A stretch of 64,000 nucleotides of DNA from NCBI GenBank assembly GCA_963662795.1, contig OY759746.1, forward strand, positions 864,001 to 928,000. Reading direction: 5' to 3'. This stretch comes from Spirochaetia bacterium. Lineage in GTDB: Bacteria; Spirochaetota; Spirochaetia; CADAEX01. The notes under the pieces were generated by a model, which was not told the origin of the DNA, ran no database searches, and saw only the letters and a program-made list of their open reading frames with translations. The position numbers were made by a program, and so were the translations under genes. Position 1 is the first letter of the stretch, and each line of letters starts with the position of its first letter. This document shows positions 1 through 10,095 of this stretch, piece after piece.

Positions 1-365
1 TTGTCTTTATACTTTTTGCTGTCAAGAAGATTTTTGTAGCTGGGTGATTTGTATGCGGCAAGAAGGCCTTCATTCTTTGCAGCGACAAAGCTGTCCATGG
101 GACCGCCCCACCATATATCAAACTGCGGATTGTCTTTTTCCGCCCTGATTCTGGCAAGAGATTCGCCGCTTGACATTCTTACATAGTTGACTGTAATGCC
201 GTATTTTTTTTCAAATTCCTGCTTCATTCCCTGACACCATTCTTCCTGCGGTGTCGCAAGTACGTTAAGCTCTGTTGTTTCCGCTTCAGCTTCTGTCTTG
301 CCCATGGCAAAAATGCCGGGTGCAAGGAAAGAAATAATGATTAAAACAAATAACACTTTTTTCAT
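1..365 (-). CDS. ABC transporter substrate-binding protein, Fe3+/AfuA/phosphonate-type (runs off the left edge of the window)
   Basis: Hand-translated from ATG 365 (AAGGAGG RBS upstream): MKKVLFVLIIISFLAPGIFAMGKTEAEAETTELNVLATPQEEWCQGMKQEFEKKYGITVNYVRMSSGESLARIRAEKDNPQFDIWWGGP. Clear paralogue of the SBP at 58089-59138. Confidence 0.85.
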   Translation of the reverse strand, partial: MKKVLFVLIIISFLAPGIFAMGKTEAEAETTELNVLATPQEEWCQGMKQEFEKKYGITVNYVRMSSGESLARIRAEKDNPQFDIWWGGPMDSFVAAKNEGLLAAYKSPSYKNLLDSKKYKD

Positions 366-478
366 ATTCAAATTCCTCCTTTAGAAATCCAAAACTGATT
401 ATAACACCTAGGTATCATTTAAGCAAATTATTTGAAGCAATTTGCCATTGTGCATATCAGAATGCTCTTCCGAGGGTT

Positions 479-1798
479 TTACAACGGCTGTTTTCCCAGA
501 ATCTTGAGAATATACTCTCCGATTGACCGGGATGTAAGACGGACTGCCTTTACAGCAGCCTCATCCGCAATTATCTTCAATTCAGATTCTTTTTTAAGGC
601 GGATATCCCCAATCATTTTTTCGATACTTTCAAGCATATCCAAGATCTTTTCAGGATCACCTGAAAGGGATTGCTTACCTGTCCCGACGGGCGCTCCTGT
701 AAATTCTCCCATAAAATTTTCACCGAACCCCTCAGGCAAACCATATCCTGACGGGGAAACGCTCTCATTTTTTTCAAGTTTTTCAGCAGTTTCAGCTGAT
801 TTTAGAAGCAGTTCAGTAATCTCATCGCCACGGTCATGCTCATCATAGCCTTCCCCGTTAACCCTTCTGGCCTCTTCCCTTAAAAGCATATAGTCTTCCG
901 CGTCAAACGAATCATTTATAAGCTGCACAATCCTCATGTCTTTGGCAAAGATATACCCGATATAAAATATTATCAGAACAAGAATGGAAATAAGGGTCAA
1001 AACAAGAACAAGCATTATTTTGTCATGCTGTCTCATAATATCTGCTCCGTCTGCGAGCACACCCTCAACCGGAAGGGATGACCCGCCGGCAGAAGCAGTC
1101 TGCTTAGTCAGATTAACCTCTATATACCAGCCGGTGCTTTCCAGTTTTTCCCTGTAACCGGCGTAATCAGTACTTTCTTTTCCGTCCCTGCCGAACAGTA
1201 CAGAGTTATCTGTATAATAAATTATTCTCGGGTCTCTTTCAGCCGTCATTCTCACCCTGTTTCTGGATAAATCATATACAGTTTCGTAATAAGCGGTTCT
1301 GTTGGTAATCAGATAATCCGTAAGCATTATGTCGACAACAGCAAGTCCCGAGACAAAAACAAGAACTATTGTTACCCCTATCTTCATCACCCTTTCCTGA
1401 ATAAAGACGGAATCGCCTTTCATCTTCTTCAGAAAGCTGAAAATACGCAAGAATCTGAGCACCCGGATTATCTTGAAAAACCTGCCTATCCGCATAACCT
1501 TGAAAAGCCCGAAATACTGGCCGAACTGCATGAAAGCGGCAAGCCCCGGTATACATGCGAGAAAATCCACCCATCCATAAGCTTTGAAAAAATATTTCTT
1601 TGATGGAAATGAAATAAGGCGCAGGGTAAAATCCAGCAGGAAAAGAAGATCAATGATCTTGTTGATTTCAGTGATGTACTCCTTAAAGGCTGTATATTCA
1701 AGGACAAGTCCTGCTATAGAGGCAATAACGATGTAGGGATTGAAAAAATCTATCAGGAAAACAAGTTTTTCAAATCTCCTGTCGGGTTTTAAATTCAT
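479..1798 (-). CDS. Voltage-sensor (Ion_trans S1-S4) membrane protein with an extracytoplasmic domain and no canonical pore loop
   Basis: S2 IDLLFLLDFTLRL, S3 GWVDFLACIP, S4 FKVMRIGRFFKIIRVLRFLR. Two further TM helices are separated by a ~100 aa hydrophilic loop with no TxGYG filter. HAMP-like RGDEITELL follows the last TM. Confidence 0.75.
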   Translation of the reverse strand: MNLKPDRRFEKLVFLIDFFNPYIVIASIAGLVLEYTAFKEYITEINKIIDLLFLLDFTLRLISFPSKKYFFKAYGWVDFLACIPGLAAFMQFGQYFGLFKVMRIGRFFKIIRVLRFLRIFSFLKKMKGDSVFIQERVMKIGVTIVLVFVSGLAVVDIMLTDYLITNRTAYYETVYDLSRNRVRMTAERDPRIIYYTDNSVLFGRDGKESTDYAGYREKLESTGWYIEVNLTKQTASAGGSSLPVEGVLADGADIMRQHDKIMLVLVLTLISILVLIIFYIGYIFAKDMRIVQLINDSFDAEDYMLLREEARRVNGEGYDEHDRGDEITELLLKSAETAEKLEKNESVSPSGYGLPEGFGENFMGEFTGAPVGTGKQSLSGDPEKILDMLESIEKMIGDIRLKKESELKIIADEAAVKAVRLTSRSIGEYILKILGKQPL

Positions 1799-1813
1799 TG
1801 TTTTCTCCTGTCT

Positions 1814-3049
1814 TCAGAAATTATAGCGTGTCATAAACATGTCGGAAGGTTGTATAATATTTTTATTTTTTGTCAGATATTTTTTCATACTTGAAATTAT
1901 TTCCCGTGATTCAGCCTTGAAATGTGTTATTTTACCTGACGCGATATTAAAAGCGTTATTGACCAGCATATTAATACGCTCGTCTGAATCATAAAGTTTT
2001 CGGAGTTTTTCCCGCTGATTTTCCTTGATTGAAAAATACCTTCCTGATATCTCCATCACCTGCATTATCAGGATATAGGTAAAAACCGAGATAAACAGTA
2101 TGGCGCAATAAAATACCGGATGAATTCTTCCCAGGTTATCGTTTGCAAAGTTTTTAAGGCTTACAGAAAGATGCATACTTTCCAGAGTCTCAGGTTTTGC
2201 GGAATTGAGCAGCTGATAGAGTACAAAATATGAAAGGATTTCCTCATAATCACCGCCCCATCTGGATGCAATAATCTTAAGATATTCCTTAATGAAAATT
2301 GAATACCTGTCAATTTCATATCCGCACATAAGACAGTAAACTCTCGGGTTGTAAATACTCTTTGAAATTTTGCTGCCGAAAGCTTCAATCAGAAACTCTT
2401 TTTCAGGGATCTTCCTCTCATTTACCATCGCAAGTTTTTCAACCGACAGAAAACTATGTTCAATTATTTCCATTATTTTTTCAGCGTATCTGAACGGGCC
2501 CTGACCGACAATTGTGACATCGGATGAGACTATTACCTCATCAGGGTCAAGCCCTGCCGAAACCGGCCTGTCTGCGAGCCTGGAAAGGGCATCAAACCGG
2601 AGAAGGCTGTAATAAATAAATACCTCCTGATCTGTAAGCCCGATAGCCTCTGTCCTCAGTTCCTCAAGCAGTTTCTTTTCAATCTGCGGATTCATCCGCG
2701 TAAAATCCGCATTTTCAATTTTTTTATGGAATATTGATTTATTAATAAGGATTTTCTCTTCAGGAAAATAAAATTTAAGGCTTTCCCCGTCTTCAGCGCT
2801 TCCTGCGCCCCTGGTAAGGATAAGCGGGGCGGATATGTCCCTTACCGTAACTTTATTTTGAGAAGAGTTCTGCTGCAGCGCATCCTCTCCCATTTTTTTC
2901 CATTCTTTCAATATATCCGCTATTGAATCGTTTGAGAGGCCGGGGATAAGCTTCAGGAGCCCGGCAACAGCCTGCAGCGGGATTATTGATTCCGAATTAA
3001 AGAATTTAAAAAGATAAGATGCGATTGCTGCTGCATGATTTTCTGCCAT
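1814..3049 (-). CDS. Hypothetical protein, 411 aa
   Basis: Long ORF with ACAGG RBS-like sequence, 20 bp after the channel gene and 15 bp before the next gene. No recognisable motif. Confidence 0.75.
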   Translation of the reverse strand: MAENHAAAIASYLFKFFNSESIIPLQAVAGLLKLIPGLSNDSIADILKEWKKMGEDALQQNSSQNKVTVRDISAPLILTRGAGSAEDGESLKFYFPEEKILINKSIFHKKIENADFTRMNPQIEKKLLEELRTEAIGLTDQEVFIYYSLLRFDALSRLADRPVSAGLDPDEVIVSSDVTIVGQGPFRYAEKIMEIIEHSFLSVEKLAMVNERKIPEKEFLIEAFGSKISKSIYNPRVYCLMCGYEIDRYSIFIKEYLKIIASRWGGDYEEILSYFVLYQLLNSAKPETLESMHLSVSLKNFANDNLGRIHPVFYCAILFISVFTYILIMQVMEISGRYFSIKENQREKLRKLYDSDERINMLVNNAFNIASGKITHFKAESREIISSMKKYLTKNKNIIQPSDMFMTRYNF

Positions 3050-3069
3050 AACATAACCTGTCCTTTAAA

Positions 3070-4401
3070 TTATTTACTTGATTTAATTTCCATATTCCTT
3101 TTCTCAGCCATATCTTTTATCTTTTCCGCAAAAACCGGATAACGTTCAAGTACCCTGTCGAAAATATCCTTATTGAGCCTGTAAAGGTCGCAGTATTCCC
3201 TGGTTTTTATTGTCGCTGTCCGGGGGGTGCTCAAAAGCAGTGCAATTTCTCCGAAAAAATGTCCTGCGGACAGTGTCGCGTAAACAATTTTTTCATCCTC
3301 TGAAACAACATCAACAGTTCCGCGGCTTATAAAAAACATGTCGTATCCTATTTCCCCTTTTTTAACCACATAATCATCAGGAGTATAAACAACAGGCTCA
3401 AGATTAAGAATTATATCACGGATAAGGGCATCTCCGGCACCCCGGAAAAGAGGAACCTTTTCTATCATCTCCTTGTTCAGAAAAATGGAAACATTGGTTT
3501 TAAGTGAAACCGGCAGCTCATGAAGAACAGATGTTTCATCATACCCCCGTCTTGTTTCCCAGATATAATTATAGTAGTCATTTACCTTTTTCTGTAAATC
3601 TGAAGGAAGATTCCTGTACTGCATGAAGGTATTTATCTTTTCAATTTTTTCCCTCTGCTGGGCCCGTGCTATATCAAGATTGGCGATAAGGTTTGCAATA
3701 TTACCGATAATAAAACCGTAAAGTCCTGCTCCGATAATCTCAACACATATTGTATACAGCATCTGGATAGTTTCCTTTGGAGTAATATCGCCATACCCTA
3801 TTGTTGTCAGTGTCGTTATAGTCCAGTAAAAAGCCATAATATACTGTTTTACGTTACTGATATCCGCAAGGTCCCCCTCAATGTAAATCCATCCGCAGGC
3901 GACAAGATGGGCTGTGACAAGTATCCAGAAAACAAGCAAGACCATTCTCACTATATTTGGATTAAGAAGAATTGAGGTCCTTGCCCTCCTCAAGGTCTGA
4001 ACTGCCCTGAAAAGTTTAAGAAGCCTTGCAAGTCTTAATAAATTAAGGGTCTGAAGCGTTACTGCGAATCCTGATCCCCCGAGGATAAACCAGAATGGAA
4101 TAGTAGCAGCAAGATCTATCCAGAACCACCCCCGAAGATATATCTTTAAAACTTCCATTCTGCTTGTAATCAGTTTTCTTTTTACGATAACAGCAGTATT
4201 AAAGCGGATAAGAATATCGATTAAAAATATAAAGGTAAGAATAAGTTCTGTAATATCAGCGGAATGCTCAGCGCTTCCGTTAAAAAAAACAACATAGACA
4301 GGTATATTTATTATTGTCCAGATTATTACAAAGAGAACAAATATTTCCCATGCAAATCTGATTCTATTGTCAGGCCTGACCATTTTAATTCCTGTAAGCA
4401 T
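3070..4401 (-). CDS. Cyclic-nucleotide-gated K+ channel, SthK-like (6TM + C-linker + CNBD)
   Basis: S4 LLRLARLLKLFR, pore YWTITTLTTIGYGDITP, C-linker, CNBD with FFGEIALL..PRTATI. Confidence 0.93.
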   Translation of the reverse strand: MLTGIKMVRPDNRIRFAWEIFVLFVIIWTIINIPVYVVFFNGSAEHSADITELILTFIFLIDILIRFNTAVIVKRKLITSRMEVLKIYLRGWFWIDLAATIPFWFILGGSGFAVTLQTLNLLRLARLLKLFRAVQTLRRARTSILLNPNIVRMVLLVFWILVTAHLVACGWIYIEGDLADISNVKQYIMAFYWTITTLTTIGYGDITPKETIQMLYTICVEIIGAGLYGFIIGNIANLIANLDIARAQQREKIEKINTFMQYRNLPSDLQKKVNDYYNYIWETRRGYDETSVLHELPVSLKTNVSIFLNKEMIEKVPLFRGAGDALIRDIILNLEPVVYTPDDYVVKKGEIGYDMFFISRGTVDVVSEDEKIVYATLSAGHFFGEIALLLSTPRTATIKTREYCDLYRLNKDIFDRVLERYPVFAEKIKDMAEKRNMEIKSSK

Positions 4402-4525
4402 ATATATTTATATCCAGTAAAAAGTATTTTGCTTCTATTATCGATATACATGGCTTTAAAAATTAGGACGTATTTGCGTTATAATGCATTTCCTGCCGGC
4501 AGCCGGGGATGTAAAATACGGCAGA

Positions 4526-7500
4526 TCAGGCAATCTTATCGGGATTTTCAATCTCCCTGGCGTTGATAATAAGCATCTGAAGTCTGTTTTCGACATTTCC
4601 GATACTTGTATCCGGGTCATAGTCAAGCGCTATAATCTGGGATCCGGGACAAAGTTTTTTTAATGTCTTGATCATACCCCTGCCTGTTATATGATTGGGA
4701 AGGCATCCGAAAGGCTGCATTATTACAAATGAGTTTACGCCGGAGGCAAACATCTCCATAATCTCTCCAGGGAGTTTCCACCCTTCAGCGCCGATATATG
4801 TCACATCCATAAAAGGCTTAATATTGTCGACCAGGTTATAGATATTACCCCGGTGTTCATGAAACCGGAATTCCCTTTTTATAACACCCCAGATTTTTGT
4901 ATGAACAAAATCGTATATCCTGTCTGTGATGTCGTGAACCAGGTAATGGAAAAATGAATTGGGCGCCATTTTCCGTCTGCCGAGCTCTTTTTCTATTATC
5001 GCGGTTTTCCTGAAAAAATCGTGCATCGCCGGCTGAACAACTTCCATACCGTTAAGCTCAAGGTAGGACTCAATGTAGCAGTTTGCGGCAGGATGGTAGT
5101 TGACAAGTATTTCACCGACTATACCTACTCTGGGCTTTCTTTTGTCTGCAAATATTTCGATTCTGTTAAAATCCATTACAGCATCCCGTAAAAGACCAAG
5201 AAGCACATTTCTGCCCCTGTGGATATTTTCGCCGAGTCTTTTAATGTGCCGGTTGAATATAATGTCTGTGAGCCCCTTGTTTGTTTCGTACGGCCTTATC
5301 CTCCTGAGCATCATTTCATAGGTATCGACAATAGTCAGTCCCCAAAGCATTCTTGTCTGATCCTTTAAGGTCATTTTAAATCCCGGGTGAATCCCTTTAG
5401 TATCCTTTCCGGTTGTCACAATGGGAACTTCAGGATAGCCTGCCTCATCAAGCGCTTTCCTCGCGAGAGCCGCGTATTGGCCGGCCCTGCATGCTTCGCA
5501 GTTTTTGGCAACACCAAGGGCAAACCTTGTTTTTGCGCCCTCTGCCTTTTCAAGATAAGCCAGTGCCTCTCCTATATTTATCTGGGCGGGATAGCATATA
5601 TCGTTGTGAACATATTTTTTCCCCAGCTCTATTGCCCTTTTGTCCGCGACAGGCAGCGGCTTGATGCTGATTCCGTTTTTTCGCATAACGGAAGAAAAAA
5701 TAAGGGAAAATGCCGGGGAGAGATTCGGAGCAAGAACTATCTTTTCCTTTCTGTCCTTCTTTGTGTATATAACCTTTTTTTCACATATAAACGGGACGGC
5801 TTTCACGGAAGCGCCATCAGCATTTTCCTTCTTTCTCCTCGCCCTTATTGTCTCTATAAAAGACTTGATCCTGATGTTAAGCGGGCCGGCAGATTCACCT
5901 TCATCAAGCTTCAGGATCAGCATCTCCTTACTGCTCCGTTTCTTAAGTTCCCTGGCCATTTCATCTGAAATAATCGCGTCATGACCGCATCCGAAACTTA
6001 CAATCTGGACTATCTCAAGGTTGGGATGAAGAGCCGCTTCTATCGCAGCCCCGTCCATTCTGGTATGAAAGGTAATTGTAGTTTCCATCCTGACATCGGA
6101 AAGATCATGCTTATCAAGACCGGGGAGGGAATCGAGCGTAAGAACCGGAATGCCCAGTGATGTAAAATAGCGGGAAATGCTGTGATTAACAAGCAGATCT
6201 GAATGGTATGGCCTTCCCGCAAGCAGTACCGCGAAATTACTGCTTCCTTCAAGACCTGAAAGAACACGCGAGCCTTCTTCCCTCATTTTTGCCTTGAATA
6301 ATGCCATCGCACAGTTACCCTGCTCAATCGCATTTTTTACGGCACCCCCTTTAAGGGAAAACTCACTGGAAAACCAGGAGGTAATCTGCCTGTTCTTGAG
6401 TTTTTCATTATACCAGTGAAAAATCGGGGTATCAATTTTAATACCGGTTCTCGTAAAAAGATCGCTGCTTTTTTCAACAACCATCGGATACCCCTGAAGC
6501 ATAACGCAAGTGTGGTTTCCCTCAGCCGTGTTGTTTTCCCTCGGCAGCCGCACCATCATGGGAAGAAATATCCTGTCAACGCCTTTCGAAGCAAGCTCCT
6601 CTACATGCCCGTGAACAAGCTTTGCGGGAAAACAGGCGGTATCTGAAGGAATATACTGAAGTCCTTTCTCATAAATGTCATAGCTCGAAGGGGAGGAGAC
6701 AACTACATCAAACCCGAGGGCGGTAAAAAGCGTTCTCCAGAACGGAAGGCTGTTCCAGAATTCGAGTGTTCTCGGAATGCCGATCCTCAGCGGTCTTAAT
6801 GCATTACCCGGATCAGAAATATTTACAAGGGTACGTGATTTTCCCCTTCCTGCAGATCTGCCGCGGTAATTACTTTTTAAAAGTTCCTGTGAAAATACCC
6901 TTTTTACCGGATACTCTTTCATTAAAAGGGTGTTGTGAAGCTTAACCATGTCGGGTACGGAATCAAGCCTCTCGCGGGTATCTTTAAGTCTTTTTTTAAT
7001 GTCCGGGCTTTCCTGATTTCCGACTATCTCCCCTTTCTCGCATCTGTTTCCTGTAATGTGGTTATTGCCGTTGGTAAAAGATATTATGGTTCTGCTGCAG
7101 TGATTCGCGCAGAAACTGCAGATCATGGACGGCTGTTTAATATAATCAAGATCCTTGAGGGCCTCAAATCCCGCGAAACGGCTTAAAGGGACAGCCTGGC
7201 CGGCGGAGACGGCTTTTTCCTCCATCTGTTTCTTCACAAGGAGCGCAATTCCGAAGGCCCCCATTTCGCCCGGATACGGGGCCCTTACGACATTTCTGCC
7301 TGTATACTGTTCAAAAGCCCTTAAAACCGCGTCATTTCTGAAAGTTCCGCCCTGTACAACTATTTTTTCTCCCAGATCATTGAAGTTGGATATCCTCACT
7401 ACTTTTGTAAAGACATTTTCAATTATCGATCTGCTTATCCCGGCCAGGATATCTTCTGTTTTCTTGCCGTTTTTCTGTTCAGTGATTATTGAGCTGTTCA

Positions 7501-9034
7501 TGAAAACCGTGCATCTTGATCCAAGGTGTGACGGATTTTCCGAGAGGAAGGCAAGTTCCGCAATCCTTTCAACAGCAACACCGAGCGACTTGGCGTAGGT
7601 TTCGACAAAAGAGCCGCACCCGGCCGAGCACGCTTCGTTAAGGACAATGCCTGTAACAATCCCCTTTTTCAGGCTGATGGCTTTCATATCCTGACCGCCG
7701 ATATCAAGGATAAAAGTTACATCAGGAACAAAAAACTGAGCCGCTTCTGCATGGGCAACTGTCTCGACAGTGTGATAATCAGCAAGAAAGCCTCTTGCGA
7801 AAAGCATCTCCCCGTAACCGGTTGTTCCAAGTCCTAAAACATTAAGGGTAATCCCCCTGCTTTGGTATTTTTCATAAAGTCTTAAAAGAGCATATTTAAT
7901 TACTTTAAGCGGTTCGCCGTGGTTACCGGAATAAAAACTGTCTACCAGGCGACATTCCTTATCAATAAGAACAAATTTGGATGTTGTAGAGCCTGCGTCA
8001 AGTCCGATATAAACATCAAGAGATGCGGTACCTTCAGGAATTTCATATAATTCCCTCCCCTTTTCACTGTTATGACGGGTGAAAAAAGCTTCTTTTTCCT
8101 CATCATTCTCAAAAAAAAGCAATCCCGGGCCGGAATGCTGCGTATCCCCGTTCACTCCTTTTGTGTTCAGTTTTGATACTATACCAGAAACAGGGAGGCC
8201 TTCCCCGGCAGAGGAGAACATAAAATCTATCGAAAGCGCTGCCCCGTAGGCGACAAGAATTTCAGGTTTTTCAGGTATAACAACATCATCCTCACCAAGT
8301 GAAAGCCTTTCCTTGAAAACACTTACAAGTCTCCTGTTAAAGGTCAGCGGGCCGCCGACAAAAATGACTTTCGGCTTTATCTCCATACCCTGGGCAAGGC
8401 CGCCTATGGTCTGCTTGACTATTGCGTGAAAAGTGGAAAGGGCGATATCTTCTACTGAAACTCCGTGATTCAGAAGGGGCTGTATATCTGTTTTGGCAAA
8501 TACACCGCACCTTCCTGAAATGTCATAAACTGTTTTTCCTTTTTCGGAAAGTGCTGCAAATTCCTCTGTCCTGATTGACACCAGTTCAGCCACCTGGTCT
8601 ATAAATGCACCTGTCCCCCCTGCACAGCTTCCGTTCATCCTCATGTCGGAGGCTATAAGCTGATTTGTGTCCTCATCCATAGTAAAAAAAATAACCTTGG
8701 CATCCTGTCCGCCAAGTTCTATGGAAACCCGCACATCTTTATAGTATTTTCTTATCACAAGTGAATTGGCGACAACCTCCTGTATATAGAAAGCGTCAAG
8801 TTTTTTTGATATCGCCATCCCTCCGCTGCCGCATACCGCAATAACAAGTCTTGCATCCGGAAAGATGCGGCCGAAATCTTCAAGCATCAGGCTTAGTGTC
8901 CCGGAAAGGTCTGCATTATGCCTTCTGTAATCAGAGTAAATGAGATTATTTGTATTTGGATCTGCTATTGCGATTTTTACTGTAGTTGATCCGATATCTA
9001 TTCCGGCGTAAAGCTTATCGCTCTCTTTTTTCAT
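4526..9034 (-). CDS. 2-hydroxyacyl-CoA dehydratase activase-family multidomain protein (2x BadF/BadG/BcrA/BcrD + DUF2229 + dehydratase-like C-terminus)
   Basis: Two ASKHA activase repeats (GIDIGSTT..ELGGQDAK..MNGSCAGGTG; GLDAGSTT..DIGGQDMK..NEACSAGCG), then CFPAK, SFGCGHD, CYPA and QPFGCLPNH motifs. Confidence 0.9.
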   Translation of the reverse strand: MKKESDKLYAGIDIGSTTVKIAIADPNTNNLIYSDYRRHNADLSGTLSLMLEDFGRIFPDARLVIAVCGSGGMAISKKLDAFYIQEVVANSLVIRKYYKDVRVSIELGGQDAKVIFFTMDEDTNQLIASDMRMNGSCAGGTGAFIDQVAELVSIRTEEFAALSEKGKTVYDISGRCGVFAKTDIQPLLNHGVSVEDIALSTFHAIVKQTIGGLAQGMEIKPKVIFVGGPLTFNRRLVSVFKERLSLGEDDVVIPEKPEILVAYGAALSIDFMFSSAGEGLPVSGIVSKLNTKGVNGDTQHSGPGLLFFENDEEKEAFFTRHNSEKGRELYEIPEGTASLDVYIGLDAGSTTSKFVLIDKECRLVDSFYSGNHGEPLKVIKYALLRLYEKYQSRGITLNVLGLGTTGYGEMLFARGFLADYHTVETVAHAEAAQFFVPDVTFILDIGGQDMKAISLKKGIVTGIVLNEACSAGCGSFVETYAKSLGVAVERIAELAFLSENPSHLGSRCTVFMNSSIITEQKNGKKTEDILAGISRSIIENVFTKVVRISNFNDLGEKIVVQGGTFRNDAVLRAFEQYTGRNVVRAPYPGEMGAFGIALLVKKQMEEKAVSAGQAVPLSRFAGFEALKDLDYIKQPSMICSFCANHCSRTIISFTNGNNHITGNRCEKGEIVGNQESPDIKKRLKDTRERLDSVPDMVKLHNTLLMKEYPVKRVFSQELLKSNYRGRSAGRGKSRTLVNISDPGNALRPLRIGIPRTLEFWNSLPFWRTLFTALGFDVVVSSPSSYDIYEKGLQYIPSDTACFPAKLVHGHVEELASKGVDRIFLPMMVRLPRENNTAEGNHTCVMLQGYPMVVEKSSDLFTRTGIKIDTPIFHWYNEKLKNRQITSWFSSEFSLKGGAVKNAIEQGNCAMALFKAKMREEGSRVLSGLEGSSNFAVLLAGRPYHSDLLVNHSISRYFTSLGIPVLTLDSLPGLDKHDLSDVRMETTITFHTRMDGAAIEAALHPNLEIVQIVSFGCGHDAIISDEMARELKKRSSKEMLILKLDEGESAGPLNIRIKSFIETIRARRKKENADGASVKAVPFICEKKVIYTKKDRKEKIVLAPNLSPAFSLIFSSVMRKNGISIKPLPVADKRAIELGKKYVHNDICYPAQINIGEALAYLEKAEGAKTRFALGVAKNCEACRAGQYAALARKALDEAGYPEVPIVTTGKDTKGIHPGFKMTLKDQTRMLWGLTIVDTYEMMLRRIRPYETNKGLTDIIFNRHIKRLGENIHRGRNVLLGLLRDAVMDFNRIEIFADKRKPRVGIVGEILVNYHPAANCYIESYLELNGMEVVQPAMHDFFRKTAIIEKELGRRKMAPNSFFHYLVHDITDRIYDFVHTKIWGVIKREFRFHEHRGNIYNLVDNIKPFMDVTYIGAEGWKLPGEIMEMFASGVNSFVIMQPFGCLPNHITGRGMIKTLKKLCPGSQIIALDYDPDTSIGNVENRLQMLIINAREIENPDKIA

Positions 9035-10091
9035 CTTCCAGAAACACCTCTTCTATATGCTCTGCAAGGTCTGTGATATTTTCTTCCTGCTTAAACTGCT
9101 TTTTATTGTACATTTCGCTGTCAACTTTTGAAAGAACCTCTTCAGCTGTTTCCCCTTCCGCTTCACTGCATCCGATTGCAAGAGTAACTTTAATATCTGA
9201 TCCGCTGTTAAGCTTATCCATCTGTTCATTTATCCTGTCAATAATTTTGCAGGCATCATCACGGCCTGAATGAGGAAGTAGCACAAAAAACTCATCCCCT
9301 CCGAAGCGGAACACCATATCAGAGTCGCGGACGGATGAAAGCAGTATTTTAGAAACCGAGATCAGTACTTTATCACCTTCCACATGCCCATAGCTGTCAT
9401 TTATTTTTTTAAAGCCGTCAATATCGATAAATAAAAGGGAAAGCTCCGCCCCTTCTCTTTTTTTTCTTTTCAGTTCCTTGTCAAGATAAAAAAAGAGAAA
9501 CCTTCGGTTGTAAACGCCGGTAAGAGGATCGACATTTACCATCTTCCTTAAGCTGGAAAGATAATATGCTTTTTCTATCGCAATGGCTGCGAAGTCGGCA
9601 ATTGTTGTAAGAATTTTCAGATCATGGGCCGTAAACTGACTGCCGTCCAGCTTATTGATCAGCTCAATAACCCCAAAAACCTTTCCATTGGTTTTAAGCG
9701 GAACACCTATAATAGATTTAGTCTCGAATCCGCTCATTTTATCAAGTGAATTGTCAAATCTTTGATCTTTTTTTACATCCTCAATTATGATAGGCAGGGC
9801 ATTATCAGCTATCCAGCCCGTAATTCCCTTTCCCTTCTGTAGTTCTACCCCTGTAAGGGTGTCCGCGGCCTCGCCAACTACAATCACAAATTTGAGGTTG
9901 CCGGTTTTTCTGTTTACAAGAAGAAGCGACCAGTTATAAGGGGTAAAAATCATTCCTATATGATTCATTACCTGATTAAGTGTTTCCTTGATTGACCTGG
10001 AAGCGGCTATTGATTTACCTATATCCGTAAAAAAAGAAAGCCTTACAAGATCTTCTGTTATTTCTTTATCGATATTGAAAATATTGTTCAT
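9015..10091 (-). CDS. GAF-GGDEF diguanylate cyclase
   Basis: GAF domain (GKGITGW..IIIEDVKKDQRF..SIIGVPL), DPLTGVYNRR, DIDGFKKINDSYGHVEGD, RDSD I-site, intact GGDEF. Confidence 0.93.
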   Translation of the reverse strand: MNNIFNIDKEITEDLVRLSFFTDIGKSIAASRSIKETLNQVMNHIGMIFTPYNWSLLLVNRKTGNLKFVIVVGEAADTLTGVELQKGKGITGWIADNALPIIIEDVKKDQRFDNSLDKMSGFETKSIIGVPLKTNGKVFGVIELINKLDGSQFTAHDLKILTTIADFAAIAIEKAYYLSSLRKMVNVDPLTGVYNRRFLFFYLDKELKRKKREGAELSLLFIDIDGFKKINDSYGHVEGDKVLISVSKILLSSVRDSDMVFRFGGDEFFVLLPHSGRDDACKIIDRINEQMDKLNSGSDIKVTLAIGCSEAEGETAEEVLSKVDSEMYNKKQFKQEENITDLAEHIEEVFLEDEKRER

Positions 10092-10095
10092 GGAT

